Under the pieces are notes generated by a model, which was not told the DNA's origin, did no database searches, and saw nothing but the letters and a program-made list of their open reading frames with translations. This document shows, piece after piece, positions 16,614 to 26,716 of a stretch of DNA of 44,335 nucleotides. Origin of the DNA: a virus. Its lineage: Duplodnaviria; Caudoviricetes. The stretch covers positions 1 through 44,335 of the IMG/VR virus record IMGVR_UViG_3300049144_000093; one strand, given 5' to 3'. Every line of letters starts with the position of its first letter. Within the stretch, counting starts at the first letter, position 1. The translations under genes were made by a program, and so were the position numbers.

Positions 16614-16846
16614 CGGCCGTCCTCCTGTACTCCGCGAAGCATGTGTGTCACCCAGGTCGTGAAGTGGTTCTGGTCACGGATCTTCTTGCCCTGCTCGTGG
16701 ACTCGAGAGGACTCGACCCGCAGCGACCGTGCCTCTTCCGCCTGACGGCGGGTGTCGTCGTGTACCGCCTCCGCCTCGGCGCGTTCCCGCGCGACGTAGT
16801 CGTCCAGGTCGTTCTTCCTGCGCTTCTTGCGGTGCCACCAGATCAC
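16610..16846 (-). CDS. Small hypothetical protein (lysis module)
   Basis: Coiled coil ending in DQNHFT; coupled overlaps. Confidence 0.7.
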   Translation of the reverse strand: MIWWHRKKRRKNDLDDYVARERAEAEAVHDDTRRQAEEARSLRVESSRVHEQGKKIRDQNHFTTWVTHMLRGVQEDGR

Positions 16847-17157
16847 TCACGCTCACCGTCCCGCCGGGTCGGAGTACTGGGTTCCCATCGGTCCACGGAT
16901 TCCTTGAGCGCGCCGATGAGGGCGATCGCAACCTTGTCGTTGTCCAACCCCTGACGCACCAAAGGAAGCATCTCGGCGACCACCTCGTCCTTGGCCGCGG
17001 CGGCTTCTTTCCACAGAACGACCACCTGCTGCATCTCGGAGATCCGCGCTTCCACCGTCGGGCGCGGAACCAGCGAACCGCGCAGGATCGCGTAGAGCAC
17101 GGCCAGCACAAACGCCGCGATGCCCGCCGGCGGCAACCACGGCAAGATGTTGTTCAA
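16843..17157 (-). CDS. Membrane protein (lysis module)
   Basis: TTG start after GGAGGG; AGIAAFVLAVLYAILRGSLVPR. Confidence 0.7.
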   Translation of the reverse strand: MNNILPWLPPAGIAAFVLAVLYAILRGSLVPRPTVEARISEMQQVVVLWKEAAAAKDEVVAEMLPLVRQGLDNDKVAIALIGALKESVDRWEPSTPTRRDGERE

Positions 17158-17188
17158 AGATGCACCCTCCGATCTCTGCGCGAGGTGG

Positions 17189-17623
17189 TCACCCGTCCGG
17201 GTTGTAGGTCCAGACGAACTCGTCCTGCGTGACCGGCCGCGGGAACAGGTCACGCTCGCTGAACTCGGTGTTCCACACGTCGACGATCGCCGCCTTGACC
17301 GCGTCCTCACTGCCGGCCGTCGCCCGGTAGGGACGGTCCGCGTACATGACCGCTTCCCACTGTCCGCCGTCGACCTCGCGGACATTCGCGCTCGCCCACA
17401 TCGGGCCGAAGAACCGGAAGACGTCCTCGGTCGCCGAGGTGTTCCACCGCGAGTTCCACTCGGCGACGAACGCTGCCGGCGCGGCTTCCCTGGACTCGAG
17501 GTCGCCGACCGACACTCGCTGGTCCGGCCACTCCAGGGCGATGAACGGGGGCGGGTCACCGTGCTCGATCGCGAGGGGGTCGGTCGAGTAGACGTAGACC
17601 TGCGTCCTCGTGTCGTGGTCCAT
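17189..17623 (-). CDS. Hypothetical protein
   Basis: 144 aa, RBS AAAGGA, internal two-fold repeat. Confidence 0.7.
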   Translation of the reverse strand: MDHDTRTQVYVYSTDPLAIEHGDPPPFIALEWPDQRVSVGDLESREAAPAAFVAEWNSRWNTSATEDVFRFFGPMWASANVREVDGGQWEAVMYADRPYRATAGSEDAVKAAIVDVWNTEFSERDLFPRPVTQDEFVWTYNPDG

Positions 17624-17646
17624 TCCTGTCGTGTGTCCTTTCTGGA

Positions 17647-18102
17647 CTAGACGGGGATTACGGCGAGACGTTTGCGGGAGAAGGACGCGGCCGTGGCGCC
17701 GCTACCGCGGAAGGCCTGCCGGATGTTGTAGGTGTTGCCGCCGACGAGGCCCTCGATGACCACCGAGTAGGTGCCCTGGAAGGCGTTCGTGCCGACGTTG
17801 CGCAGGGAGTCGTCGTCGGATGCGGCCCAGAACGCGGTGCCGCTGCCGATGGTGCCGCCCTCGCGGATCACGAACGACATCAGGGAGGTCTGCGTGGCCG
17901 AGGCGTTCGACATCTGCGCGGTGTTGACGACCTGCACCATCCCCGACGGTGGCGCGACGAACGTCTGCGCGCAGGCGATCCCGCCCGTCAAGGTCTCCAC
18001 GAAGCTGGGTGACACCGTGGTGCCGCTCGTGTCCTCGCGGCTGTTCTTGGTGACCCCCCAGTCGGCGGTCGTGGAGATGTGTCCGGCGCGTGGCCCTGGC
18101 AC
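17647..18102 (-). CDS. Putative distal tail / beta-sandwich protein
   Basis: Beta-rich, Thr/Ser/Gly-rich; downstream of the large minor tail gene. Confidence 0.65.
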   Translation of the reverse strand: MPGPRAGHISTTADWGVTKNSREDTSGTTVSPSFVETLTGGIACAQTFVAPPSGMVQVVNTAQMSNASATQTSLMSFVIREGGTIGSGTAFWAASDDDSLRNVGTNAFQGTYSVVIEGLVGGNTYNIRQAFRGSGATAASFSRKRLAVIPV

Positions 18103-18122
18103 GTGTCCCTCCTCAGTTCAGC

Positions 18123-21100
18123 TCAGCGCATGGCGGCGCGGTTGGGTAGCGCCAGGTTCACCGCACGGCCGGTGGTGGCGTGCGCTTTGACCACGCCGTT
18201 GACCGACCGCGCGGAGATCGTGAAGGTCTGCACGCCGGGTGCGGTGTCGGCGATGGCCGACACGGTCATGACCTCACCCGCGATCTTGATGTTGAGCGGG
18301 AAGTCCGCGGGACTGGTCGTCCACAGGAAGTCCCCGGACAGCGACTGCACGGTCAGGGCACCGAGCTGGGTGGTCGTCAGCGTGGACGTGGTGCGGGAGT
18401 CGAACCCGTCGAGCCTGGCACGGTCGTCGCCGGTGAACGCCCACGCCCGGTAGGGCTCGAACGGGATACAGGTGATCGTCACCTGCGGGTTGTGCCGGTC
18501 GGACAGGTCGAGCTTGTATCCGGCCACGACCTGGGACAGGGTGTCGTAGATGCCGCGGCTGGTCAGGGTGTCGATGTCGATGCGCAGCCCGACGTTGAGG
18601 TCGGCCATCTGCTCCACGGTGATCGAGTTCCGCGCCGCGGGCAGCGCACTGACTTCGGAGACGCGCGGCACGGCGACCGTGCCGACCGCGGCCAGCCAGT
18701 CCGCGGCCCGCTCAGCGAGGAGGTCCGAGCCGATCAGCAGGTCGAACTTGCGTTCCCGTCGGCCGATGCCGGCCGGGGGCAGCGCCGAGGACAGCCGACC
18801 GGAGGTCTCCTCCTGGACCACAGTGGCGCCGTCCTCGCGGTCGACGATCACGTAGTTGTAGACCTCGGCCGTGTCGTATACCGGTTCGACCTCGTCGATG
18901 TGGCCGTTCGGTCCACCGTGGAGGGTGAACACCGGAGAGGTCAGCTCGTGCAGCGCGCCGCGGGAGCAGTACTCCAGGGCGACCGCGCCCTTGGGCCCGG
19001 TGAGGAACCCGCCGTCCACCTTCGCCGCGTCGGCCATGGCGTCGAACGCCTTGACGGTCTTCTGCCGACCGACGTTGGTGGTGACCACGTCCCAGCTCGT
19101 CCGGTAACTGAACGGGATCCGCTCCTCATAGGACAGCCGCAGCAGCCACCGCAGCGCGTTGTGGCCTCGCCATCCCACCACGTCGTTGAGGGTGAACGAG
19201 GTCTCCATGCGGCTGGGCACGAACGTCAGGTGCCCCATGGCGACGTTGTCGTAGCCGCCGTTCGGGTTGACCCGCACCCGGTTGATCTTGCCGAGGGTGG
19301 TCACGCTGGTCATCGCGATCGGACCGACGCCGCCGGTCGTGCCGTCCATGCCGATCGTCGACATGTAGTAGTAGACCTGACCGGCGGTCTCCTCCAGGGA
19401 CACGGTCACCTGGCACGGCCGGCCGCGCAGGCTGAACTCGATGGCGCCGCTGCTGAACAGCTGGACGCCGTCGGAGTCGTAGGCCCGCAGCTCGAGCCGT
19501 CCATTCCCTGTCGCCTGGTACAGCAGGTCGTAGGAGCGGGCGGTGCCGGTGCTGTACCACTGGATCAGGTCGGAGCCGGTCGCCGGGTCGTCGGTCGTCG
19601 GCATCCCGAGGAGGAACAACCAGCTGATCGCGTTCGTGGTGTTGGCGTAGTTGGGCAGCGTGGCCAGCAGCTCGGCGTCGTTGAGCTGCAGCACGGGCTC
19701 CGAGCACGGGAAGTCCGAGTAGGACGCGAAGTCCGGTGTGCCGCCGAGGATCGACATGGTCGGCGTGCCGGGCAGGCTGGGTGTCACCTGCGTGCTCGCG
19801 CTGCCGTCCTCCATCGACCAGTACGCGAGCGGCAGCGTCCCCGTACCGGACTCGCGGATGACGAGGGCGACGACACCGGAGGCGACCGCGTCCCGCGCGT
19901 CGGGCGTGAACGTGATCGTCGACGTGCCGGCCACCGAGGAGATGCCGGTGACGCGGAACGGGGTGTCCTCCAGCCGGTAACCGCCCTGCGTGAAGAACAA
20001 GAGGTCCCCGACCGCGGTGCTGCCGAGGTTCGCGGTGGGCAGCACGAACGTGTTCACCGTGCCGCCGGTCGCGGTGTTGGTTCCCACGTAGCGCCACAGT
20101 CGCGACGACGAGCGGCCGCGGCGCATCATCGACTTCTCCGGCGCACCGGGCAGCTGCAGCCGGTGGATGATGTCCCGCGCGACCACCCGCGCCCGACGGG
20201 CACCGCGACTCTTGTCGTCGCCGTGCGGCGTGATGTCGGCGATCTCGCCGGCGAACACCGGCAGCCGGAGCTTGAAGTCGTCGTAGACGAAGGTGTTCGG
20301 CGCGGCGTTGGTGTTGCCCGCGTAGACGAACGAGGCGACCGCGACATAGCCGGGCCGGATGCCCGCACCGGACACCGTGACCTGCCAGTCCATCGGCTCC
20401 GGATCGCCGTGCTTCCACACCTTCGCGCGCAGCGTGCCCGCCTCGCACTGGCAGGCGATGTCGAACGTGGTGCCGGTGGTGAGCGAGAACCCCGGCACCG
20501 TCGTGTAGTAGAGCAGCCACCGGTTGACACCAGCGGTCCGGTCGTAGAACGCGATCTGCAGCGTCTCGTCCACTTGGAACGCCAGCGACATCGCGACGTA
20601 GTTCAGCACGTCCGTGGCGCGGAACCACACCTCCGTCGCCATGGCGCCCGTGCCGGTGACGTTCGACGTCGGCACGGTGACGGTGACGCGCACCTCGGCG
20701 TCGACCTGCCGCTGCGTGGCCTTGTTGTACTCCGACACCCGGTAGGCGCCCGCGACCGGGACGCTGTGCCTGGCCGTCCCGCCGGACACCGACCAGTCGG
20801 TAGCGGACACGGTGCCACCCGACGACGAACCGTTCGTCCAGCTCGAGCCCCACGAGTTGCTCGACGGGGTGCTGAACGTGTCCGCCGCGGCGCGGATCAG
20901 GGACCGGCACTGGACTCCCCGCCCGATCGACCCGTAGTAGAGGCCCATCGGGTTGTCCTGGTTCAGGTTCCCGTTCGGGTCCCTGATCCAGGCCGTCATC
21001 TGCCCAGGCTTCGGTTCCGCGTTCAGCTCGTCGACGCCGCGCTCCACCTGCAGCTCCTGGCCGGCCATCGGCACAAACGGCACCCAGCCGTAGATCCCGG

Positions 21101-21149
21101 TCGACTCCGGCGCCAGGTACATCTCGACATCGAGGTCGATGCCGCTCAT
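18123..21149 (-). CDS. Large minor tail (baseplate hub / receptor-binding) protein, 1008 aa
   Basis: Follows the tape measure; NPMGLYYG motif, lectin-like segments (LRAKVW...EP.DW), PLAYWSMEDG; ATG 21149 in an ATGA overlap. Confidence 0.85.
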   Translation of the reverse strand: MSGIDLDVEMYLAPESTGIYGWVPFVPMAGQELQVERGVDELNAEPKPGQMTAWIRDPNGNLNQDNPMGLYYGSIGRGVQCRSLIRAAADTFSTPSSNSWGSSWTNGSSSGGTVSATDWSVSGGTARHSVPVAGAYRVSEYNKATQRQVDAEVRVTVTVPTSNVTGTGAMATEVWFRATDVLNYVAMSLAFQVDETLQIAFYDRTAGVNRWLLYYTTVPGFSLTTGTTFDIACQCEAGTLRAKVWKHGDPEPMDWQVTVSGAGIRPGYVAVASFVYAGNTNAAPNTFVYDDFKLRLPVFAGEIADITPHGDDKSRGARRARVVARDIIHRLQLPGAPEKSMMRRGRSSSRLWRYVGTNTATGGTVNTFVLPTANLGSTAVGDLLFFTQGGYRLEDTPFRVTGISSVAGTSTITFTPDARDAVASGVVALVIRESGTGTLPLAYWSMEDGSASTQVTPSLPGTPTMSILGGTPDFASYSDFPCSEPVLQLNDAELLATLPNYANTTNAISWLFLLGMPTTDDPATGSDLIQWYSTGTARSYDLLYQATGNGRLELRAYDSDGVQLFSSGAIEFSLRGRPCQVTVSLEETAGQVYYYMSTIGMDGTTGGVGPIAMTSVTTLGKINRVRVNPNGGYDNVAMGHLTFVPSRMETSFTLNDVVGWRGHNALRWLLRLSYEERIPFSYRTSWDVVTTNVGRQKTVKAFDAMADAAKVDGGFLTGPKGAVALEYCSRGALHELTSPVFTLHGGPNGHIDEVEPVYDTAEVYNYVIVDREDGATVVQEETSGRLSSALPPAGIGRRERKFDLLIGSDLLAERAADWLAAVGTVAVPRVSEVSALPAARNSITVEQMADLNVGLRIDIDTLTSRGIYDTLSQVVAGYKLDLSDRHNPQVTITCIPFEPYRAWAFTGDDRARLDGFDSRTTSTLTTTQLGALTVQSLSGDFLWTTSPADFPLNIKIAGEVMTVSAIADTAPGVQTFTISARSVNGVVKAHATTGRAVNLALPNRAAMR

Positions 21150-23644
21150 CGAGCCCCCTTGCCCAACGCCCGCTGCACGTCGCCGCCGTACTCGTTGATG
21201 ACGATCACGCGCAGGGACTTCAGCAGCGCGCGGGCCACACCGTCCGCTCCGTCCATGCTGACGACCACCTGCGCAACCCCATCGCCCCCGCCGCCGAGCA
21301 GGCCGCGCTCGGCCATCGCTCGCGTGGCACCCGCGGTCATCACCCGTGACCCGGACGGCAGCTCCACCAGCTCGGGTCCGGCCTCGTTGATGAGGGTGCC
21401 GCCGTGCCGCTGCCCACCGGACTCCGCACCCCACACGCCGGAGGTGATACCGCCCGACGCCTTGCCGCCCCCGAGGAACAGACCGGCGATCGGGTTCGAG
21501 CGAACGAAGATGTCCATCGTGCGGTCCCGCGTAGCAATGTCGGCCGCTGCCCGGAAGATCGCCAGCCGGGCCTCCGCTCGCGCGGTGTTCACGTCCACCG
21601 TGGACTTGCGGTTGAGCGGGATGTCGAACAGGCGGTCGGCGAGCCGACCGGCAGCCCTTTCGCCGATGCCCATCTGCCTGGCCAGCTGATAGAACTTGTT
21701 CTTGCTCCCCTCCACGTAGGTCTGCACCTCTTGCTGCGCCTTGCCCTGCTGCTGCATCGCCTCCACGGTGGACCAGGTTGTGTCGGCGACCTCGTACAGC
21801 GACTTCGACAGCTCCTGTCCCGCCTCGGTGGTGAGGTCGAACCCATCCTTGGTGGCGTTCAGCCCTTCGCCCGCAAACTCCTTCGCGGCCTCGCTAGCGC
21901 CCTGAATCGCCTGCTGCGCATCGATCTGCGCGTCGTTGAAGTCGATGACCCCGGTGACCGCCTCGTGCTGCTTGCTGATCAACTCATCCAGGCTCGCCGC
22001 GTACACCTCGTTGGCACCGGCCGCATCGGACGCGCTGTCCCCTGACTTGTCCAGCGCGGTACCAAACTCGGTCGCCTGCCCGTTGGCCCGCTCCCAGGTG
22101 CCGGACATGCTCTCGGTCGCCTCGTTCACACCGAGCACCGAGAAGGCGACACCGAGCGCGCCGTCGCTCAGCCGCTGGAAGCCACGGCTCAGCTTGTCCG
22201 TCGGCGGCTCAGTTTCGGCGATGACGTCCTGGGCTCGCTGCGTTGCGCCAGCCACCCCATCCATCTCGCCGGCCACCGTGTCGAGGTCCATGCTGTACAG
22301 CGACCAGGCCGCGTCCTCCGCCTTGGTGCCGAACAAGTCGAGCGCGATCTGGTTCCGCTTGACCGGGTCCTCGACAGCCTTCAGCCGGTCGACCACCTCG
22401 TCGAGCGCGGCACGCGCCGCGGGGCCGCCCTGGTTGATAGAGGCGATCATGGCGTCGGCGCCAAGCCCCAGCGACTCGAACCCGCGGCGGGCCTGGTCGC
22501 TGCCCTCGCTCGCGATCAGCAGGAATTCCTTCAAGGTGTCGGCCGCGATGTCCGAGTTGCGGGCACCGCCCTGGAGCATCTGGTTGATCAGGCCGAGCGC
22601 CTCGGCCCCGTCCAGACCGAGCCGATGGAACTGCGGCGCGTACTCCTCGAGGGTGTCGAGCATGTCGCCGCTGACGTTGACCCCGCGCTGGGATGCGGTG
22701 ACGATGATGTCGATCGCCTGCTCGGCGCTGCCGGCCATGTCGTTGATCAGCAGCTGTTTGGCGGCGCGGCCGATGCGCCCAGCGTCCTCGCCGACGACGG
22801 TCGCCGCGGTGGCCGCCATGTTGGTCAGCCGCCGCAACTCTTCTTCGCTGGCGCCCGTGTCCACGAGCCCCTGACTCAGCACGCCGGACAACGCCGCCGC
22901 GCTGTCCTCGACCGAGTCAGAGATGCCGCTGTAGTAGGCCTCCCCAGTGACCCGACCGAGTCGGCGTGCATCGCCGACAGTGCCGCCCTGCTGGGCCGAG
23001 ATGATGCCGCCGAGCCGGTCACGGCTCCAGTAGTCCTGGAAGGCGCCGACCATCGCGTCCGCGTACATGGCTCCGGCCGCGGCGCCAGCGGTCGCGAGAC
23101 CACCCGCGGCGCCGGCCTTGCCGAGGCCACCCTCGATCAGGCCACCGATGTCGAACCCGCCGCCGAAGGACTCGGCGAGCGACTCCCCGAACCCTCCCCC
23201 GTCGGGCGCCTTCAGCGCCTCGTCGAGTTCCTTGCGGGTCTTCTGCGCCTCCGACCGGATCTTGCGCAGCGCCTCCCGCATCTCCGAGTCCAGCTTGCCG
23301 CCGGACTGCTGAGCCTGGCGCTCCAGCCGCTCGAGGTCGGCGCGCATCGACCGGACAGCCTCGGACATGGCCTGGTCCATGCCGTGGCCAGAGTCCCGCG
23401 CCTCCCGCTCGATGTCGTCCAGGGCGTCCTTGGCGCCGCGGGCCGCGTCGCTCCACGCCTTGTCGATCTTCTTGGCGCCGTCGCCGATCGACTTCGACGC
23501 CTTGTCGCCTGCCTTCTCGGCCTCCTTGAACCCCTTCGTGAGGTTCTTCTCGACGCCCTCCCCTGCCCGCTTCGCGTCCTTCTCGATCTTGTCGAAGCTC
23601 TGTGATCCATCGGCGGCGACGGTGATCTCGATTTCGTTAGCCAC
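21146..23644 (-). CDS. Tape measure protein
   Basis: 832 aa helical protein; DMLDTLEEYAPQFHRLGL...GGARNSDIAADTLKEF...ALDLFGTKAED. Confidence 0.92.
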   Translation of the reverse strand: MANEIEITVAADGSQSFDKIEKDAKRAGEGVEKNLTKGFKEAEKAGDKASKSIGDGAKKIDKAWSDAARGAKDALDDIEREARDSGHGMDQAMSEAVRSMRADLERLERQAQQSGGKLDSEMREALRKIRSEAQKTRKELDEALKAPDGGGFGESLAESFGGGFDIGGLIEGGLGKAGAAGGLATAGAAAGAMYADAMVGAFQDYWSRDRLGGIISAQQGGTVGDARRLGRVTGEAYYSGISDSVEDSAAALSGVLSQGLVDTGASEEELRRLTNMAATAATVVGEDAGRIGRAAKQLLINDMAGSAEQAIDIIVTASQRGVNVSGDMLDTLEEYAPQFHRLGLDGAEALGLINQMLQGGARNSDIAADTLKEFLLIASEGSDQARRGFESLGLGADAMIASINQGGPAARAALDEVVDRLKAVEDPVKRNQIALDLFGTKAEDAAWSLYSMDLDTVAGEMDGVAGATQRAQDVIAETEPPTDKLSRGFQRLSDGALGVAFSVLGVNEATESMSGTWERANGQATEFGTALDKSGDSASDAAGANEVYAASLDELISKQHEAVTGVIDFNDAQIDAQQAIQGASEAAKEFAGEGLNATKDGFDLTTEAGQELSKSLYEVADTTWSTVEAMQQQGKAQQEVQTYVEGSKNKFYQLARQMGIGERAAGRLADRLFDIPLNRKSTVDVNTARAEARLAIFRAAADIATRDRTMDIFVRSNPIAGLFLGGGKASGGITSGVWGAESGGQRHGGTLINEAGPELVELPSGSRVMTAGATRAMAERGLLGGGGDGVAQVVVSMDGADGVARALLKSLRVIVINEYGGDVQRALGKGAR

Positions 23645-23657
23645 CGGTCGCCACCTC

Positions 23658-24257
23658 CTACACTTCGCTCAACATCGCGGCCGGCTCTGGCGCCGTGTAC
23701 CCCGCCTCGGCCTGTGCGGCGGCGATCTCCGGCTCGGTCGACAGGGGCACAGCGCGGCTCTCCGGCGGCACCACCTCTGGCTCGGCGGCGGCCTGCACAG
23801 GGACTGGCCCCGGCTGGGTGGGAAGGTCGGCGAGCAGCTGCTCATCGTCGCTCGGCCCCGGCGGCGCGGCGGGCGTGTCCGCGGCGGGCGGGGGCGCCGC
23901 AGCGGCGGGCTTGCGGCGGGCCGCCTGTTCCTGGGCGGCGAGCCAGGCCGACACCACGGTCACGACGAACGGCAGGTCCTGCCGCACCAGGTGCCGCTTG
24001 TCCGCCGGGACCGGGGCGCCGTCCTCGTCCTCGAGCGTCCAGCCGACCAGCTCGGCCGCGAGCGCTGCCGCGAGCTTCTCGAAGGCCTGCAACTGCTCGA
24101 GGGAGTAGGGGGCATGCGCGTGCCGCACGACCGGCAGGAACTCCTGCACCAGCAGGGTGCCCCGCAGGCTCGCGGGCCGGGCGCGGACCACGAGCCCCGG
24201 GAACTCCTCGAACCGCAGCTTGAAGACCGGGAGCGCGGCACGTCGGCTGTAGCCCAC
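23658..24257 (-). CDS. Probable tail assembly chaperone
   Basis: Between tail tube and TMP; LVGWTLEDEDGAPVP motif. Confidence 0.7.
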   Translation of the reverse strand: MGYSRRAALPVFKLRFEEFPGLVVRARPASLRGTLLVQEFLPVVRHAHAPYSLEQLQAFEKLAAALAAELVGWTLEDEDGAPVPADKRHLVRQDLPFVVTVVSAWLAAQEQAARRKPAAAAPPPAADTPAAPPGPSDDEQLLADLPTQPGPVPVQAAAEPEVVPPESRAVPLSTEPEIAAAQAEAGYTAPEPAAMLSEV

Positions 24258-24266
24258 GCGCGTGCC

Positions 24267-24677
24267 CTACGGGGTCCAGGTCGGGACTTGGCCGTCGCCG
24301 AGCACGCCGGGCGCGGTCCATGTGAACGCGCCGTCCGTGCCACGCGCCTGCGAGTAGTCGGTGTAGTACACCTCGGCGGCGAGCGACTCGCCGGCGATCC
24401 CGATGGTGGTGGTGCGCAGCACCGACGTTGACGACACCGACTTCAGGGTCTGGTGCGACTTGCCCGCACTGGGGTTGAACACCCCGGACGGGGTGACGGA
24501 CAGGTCGGCGAGCAGCAGCAGCCGCTCGTAGGCGGACTTGTCCAGGCCGGTGACGTCCTGCACGCCGCGCGGGGTGGCGATCTGCAGCGCGGTTACGTCG
24601 TTGCGGATGTCGTTGGCGACGCCGGCCGCGCTGTCCACGGAGAACGTGGTCCACCCGAGACCACTGATCTTGGCCAT
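24267..24677 (-). CDS. Tail tube (major tail) protein
   Basis: MAKISGLG...DVTGLDKSAYERL...FNP...WT; position before the chaperone. Confidence 0.75.
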   Translation of the reverse strand: MAKISGLGWTTFSVDSAAGVANDIRNDVTALQIATPRGVQDVTGLDKSAYERLLLLADLSVTPSGVFNPSAGKSHQTLKSVSSTSVLRTTTIGIAGESLAAEVYYTDYSQARGTDGAFTWTAPGVLGDGQVPTWTP

Positions 24678-24680
24678 GGC

Positions 24681-25124
24681 CTATCTCCTCTTCTCGATCT
24701 GGTCCAGCTGGGTACCGAGCGAGTCCGCCCAGGCGTCAGGGCCGCTGAACTTCACGTCGTCCAGGCGGCGGGGATTGCCGCGGTGGTCGCCCTCGCGCTT
24801 GAGGTACAGCTCGGGCCGGTCGAGCCGCACCCGGTGGGAGAACCACTTGAAACACTTCTGGCCCGGCTCGAACTCGAGCCACGTCTCGCCGGGCGCGACG
24901 GGGATCTCGCGCCAGCGGCGGCCGGAGTTCTTCGCGGCGTGCACCATCTCCGGCGGCAGCGCGTCGATCTTGACCCGCCAGCCCTCCAGGAAGTGGGGGC
25001 AGCCGACCTCCTCGCACGTCGCCGGACGGAAGTGCGTCTGGGGTGGCGCGAGGATCAGGTGGGTGTTCATCAGGTGCGGCGGCAGCTTCGGCTCGATCCG
25101 GTTCAGTGGGCGGTGCAGCTGCAT
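24681..25124 (-). CDS. Hypothetical tail-module protein
   Basis: RPATCEEVGCPHFLEGW...PGQKCF...H. Confidence 0.7.
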   Translation of the reverse strand: MQLHRPLNRIEPKLPPHLMNTHLILAPPQTHFRPATCEEVGCPHFLEGWRVKIDALPPEMVHAAKNSGRRWREIPVAPGETWLEFEPGQKCFKWFSHRVRLDRPELYLKREGDHRGNPRRLDDVKFSGPDAWADSLGTQLDQIEKRR

Positions 25125-25867
25125 CAGAACGTCACCTCCGCTTCGTTCTTGACCACGAGCACCTTGAACGTGATCGAGGAGAACCCGCCGGTGGTGGTGG
25201 CGTTCACCCGGAGGTACCGCTCAATGGTGGCGGTGCGGGCGGTCTCGACCCGCTGCGCGGTGCGCGCGGCGGTGGTCGCGGCGAACACCAGCCCGGGCAC
25301 GTTGGCCCACGCGTCGCCGACTCCGTTGTCCGATGAGGACTGCACCGCGAGCGTGCAGTCGGTGCCGGTGAACGCGGTCACCTGCAGGTAGGCCTGCGCC
25401 CCGAACGCGGTCGGCACCAGGAAGTCCACCGCGGACTCGGCGCCCGCTCCGGTGCGGGTTGCCTGGCCCGCGATGGTGAGCAGGTCGCCGTGCTCGATGC
25501 CGTATCCGTTGGCCTGCGCGGCCACGTTGCAGGTGAGCGCGCCGTCGGTGGTCAAGTTCGGGTCGTAGCTGATCTGCTTGCCGACGAGTGCCCACGCCTG
25601 CCCGGAGTCCGGGTCGGCGATGGTGAATATCCGGTCGGTCAGCGGCAGCGGCGACAGGAGTTCGTGCGCGCGGTCGGTACCCGGGTTGAAGTACGTGACC
25701 GCCGCCATCTGGCCGTCGCGGCGACCGAAGATCCGCTCGAACGCGCGCTTATCTACGCCGGTCACCTCGATCGGCGCCTTCCCACCAGAGAGCGTGTAGG
25801 ACTGGATGTCGCCGGACAGGTCGTAGCCGTCGAGCATCACTACCTGACCGAGGCCGCCCTGCTTCAC
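25124..25867 (-). CDS. Second tail-tube-like protein with an extra C-terminal domain
   Basis: MKQGGLG...EVTGVDKRAFERI...FNP is paralogous to 24267-24677. Confidence 0.7.
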   Translation of the reverse strand: MKQGGLGQVVMLDGYDLSGDIQSYTLSGGKAPIEVTGVDKRAFERIFGRRDGQMAAVTYFNPGTDRAHELLSPLPLTDRIFTIADPDSGQAWALVGKQISYDPNLTTDGALTCNVAAQANGYGIEHGDLLTIAGQATRTGAGAESAVDFLVPTAFGAQAYLQVTAFTGTDCTLAVQSSSDNGVGDAWANVPGLVFAATTAARTAQRVETARTATIERYLRVNATTTGGFSSITFKVLVVKNEAEVTF

Positions 25868-26244
25868 TTGCCCGGCTCCTCACCGGACTGCTCGGCCACC
25901 CTCACCCGCGAACCCTCGGGCAGGTCGGCCAGCTCCGGACCAGGCTCGGAAACCAGCGTCGCGCCTTCCGTGGAGGCGGCCCTCTCGACCACCTTGGACA
26001 GTGGCTCGACGACGGTCTTGCGCGGCTTGTCGGACGCCTCCTCGGCGGCCAGTGCCACGGCGGCGTTCTTCGGGTTGTCGCCGACCCAGGCCACCACCTC
26101 GTCCGCGGTGCCCTCCGGCACGGCCGCGATCTCGGCCGGGTCGTGCTCGGAGCCCTCCTCGGCGTACTCGGTCGATCCGCACTCCGGGCAGCACGGCAAC
26201 CCGACCGCGTACCGGACGCCGTCGACCTTGCAGATCCACAGCAT
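25864..26244 (-). CDS. Hypothetical protein: Zn ribbon plus small helical domain
   Basis: C...CCPECG; PEGTADEVVAWVGD...PRKTVV. Confidence 0.7.
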   Translation of the reverse strand: MLWICKVDGVRYAVGLPCCPECGSTEYAEEGSEHDPAEIAAVPEGTADEVVAWVGDNPKNAAVALAAEEASDKPRKTVVEPLSKVVERAASTEGATLVSEPGPELADLPEGSRVRVAEQSGEEPGK

Positions 26245-26715
26245 TCACGCCACCTCTTCCCACGCGTTGTCGATCACCAGCGGCAGCAGCAGCGTCATCA
26301 CGCGGCACGTGCCGTCCGGGACGTCCATGTATCCGGCCTGCACCGTCATTGCCTGGCCGTGCCTGCCGTGCAGGTCGATGTCGCGCACCAGCCCGCCGAG
26401 GGTGAAGCCGCCGAGGTAGGCGCCGCACACCTTGCCGATGGCCTTCAGCAGGTCGGTGCTGAACTCGTCGACCGGCGTGGGGAACACCCGGTCGAACAGC
26501 CGCACCCTGACGGTGAGCACGACGCTCGCCGAGTCCAGTCCGGACGATCCGGGCGGCGACGCGATCCGCTCCGGCGACACGGACGCCCGCAGCCCGGCGC
26601 CCACGACGTGAATGTTGTCGCCGCCGTTGACGGTCTCCACGACGGCGAGCGACTCGACGACGGACACGACCTTCGCCATGATCGCGTCCACCTGCAGCTC
26701 GACGGCCACGGACAC
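26245..26715 (-). CDS. Putative tail terminator
   Basis: Position; FTLGGLVRDIDL motif. Confidence 0.65.
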   Translation of the reverse strand: MSVAVELQVDAIMAKVVSVVESLAVVETVNGGDNIHVVGAGLRASVSPERIASPPGSSGLDSASVVLTVRVRLFDRVFPTPVDEFSTDLLKAIGKVCGAYLGGFTLGGLVRDIDLHGRHGQAMTVQAGYMDVPDGTCRVMTLLLPLVIDNAWEEVA

Positions 26716-26716
26716 C

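Noticed and set aside
23645-24257. Programmed frameshift giving a second tail chaperone (gpG/gpGT)
   Set aside because: No slippery heptamer spotted and no plausible second-frame ORF before the tape measure; the gap is only 13 nt
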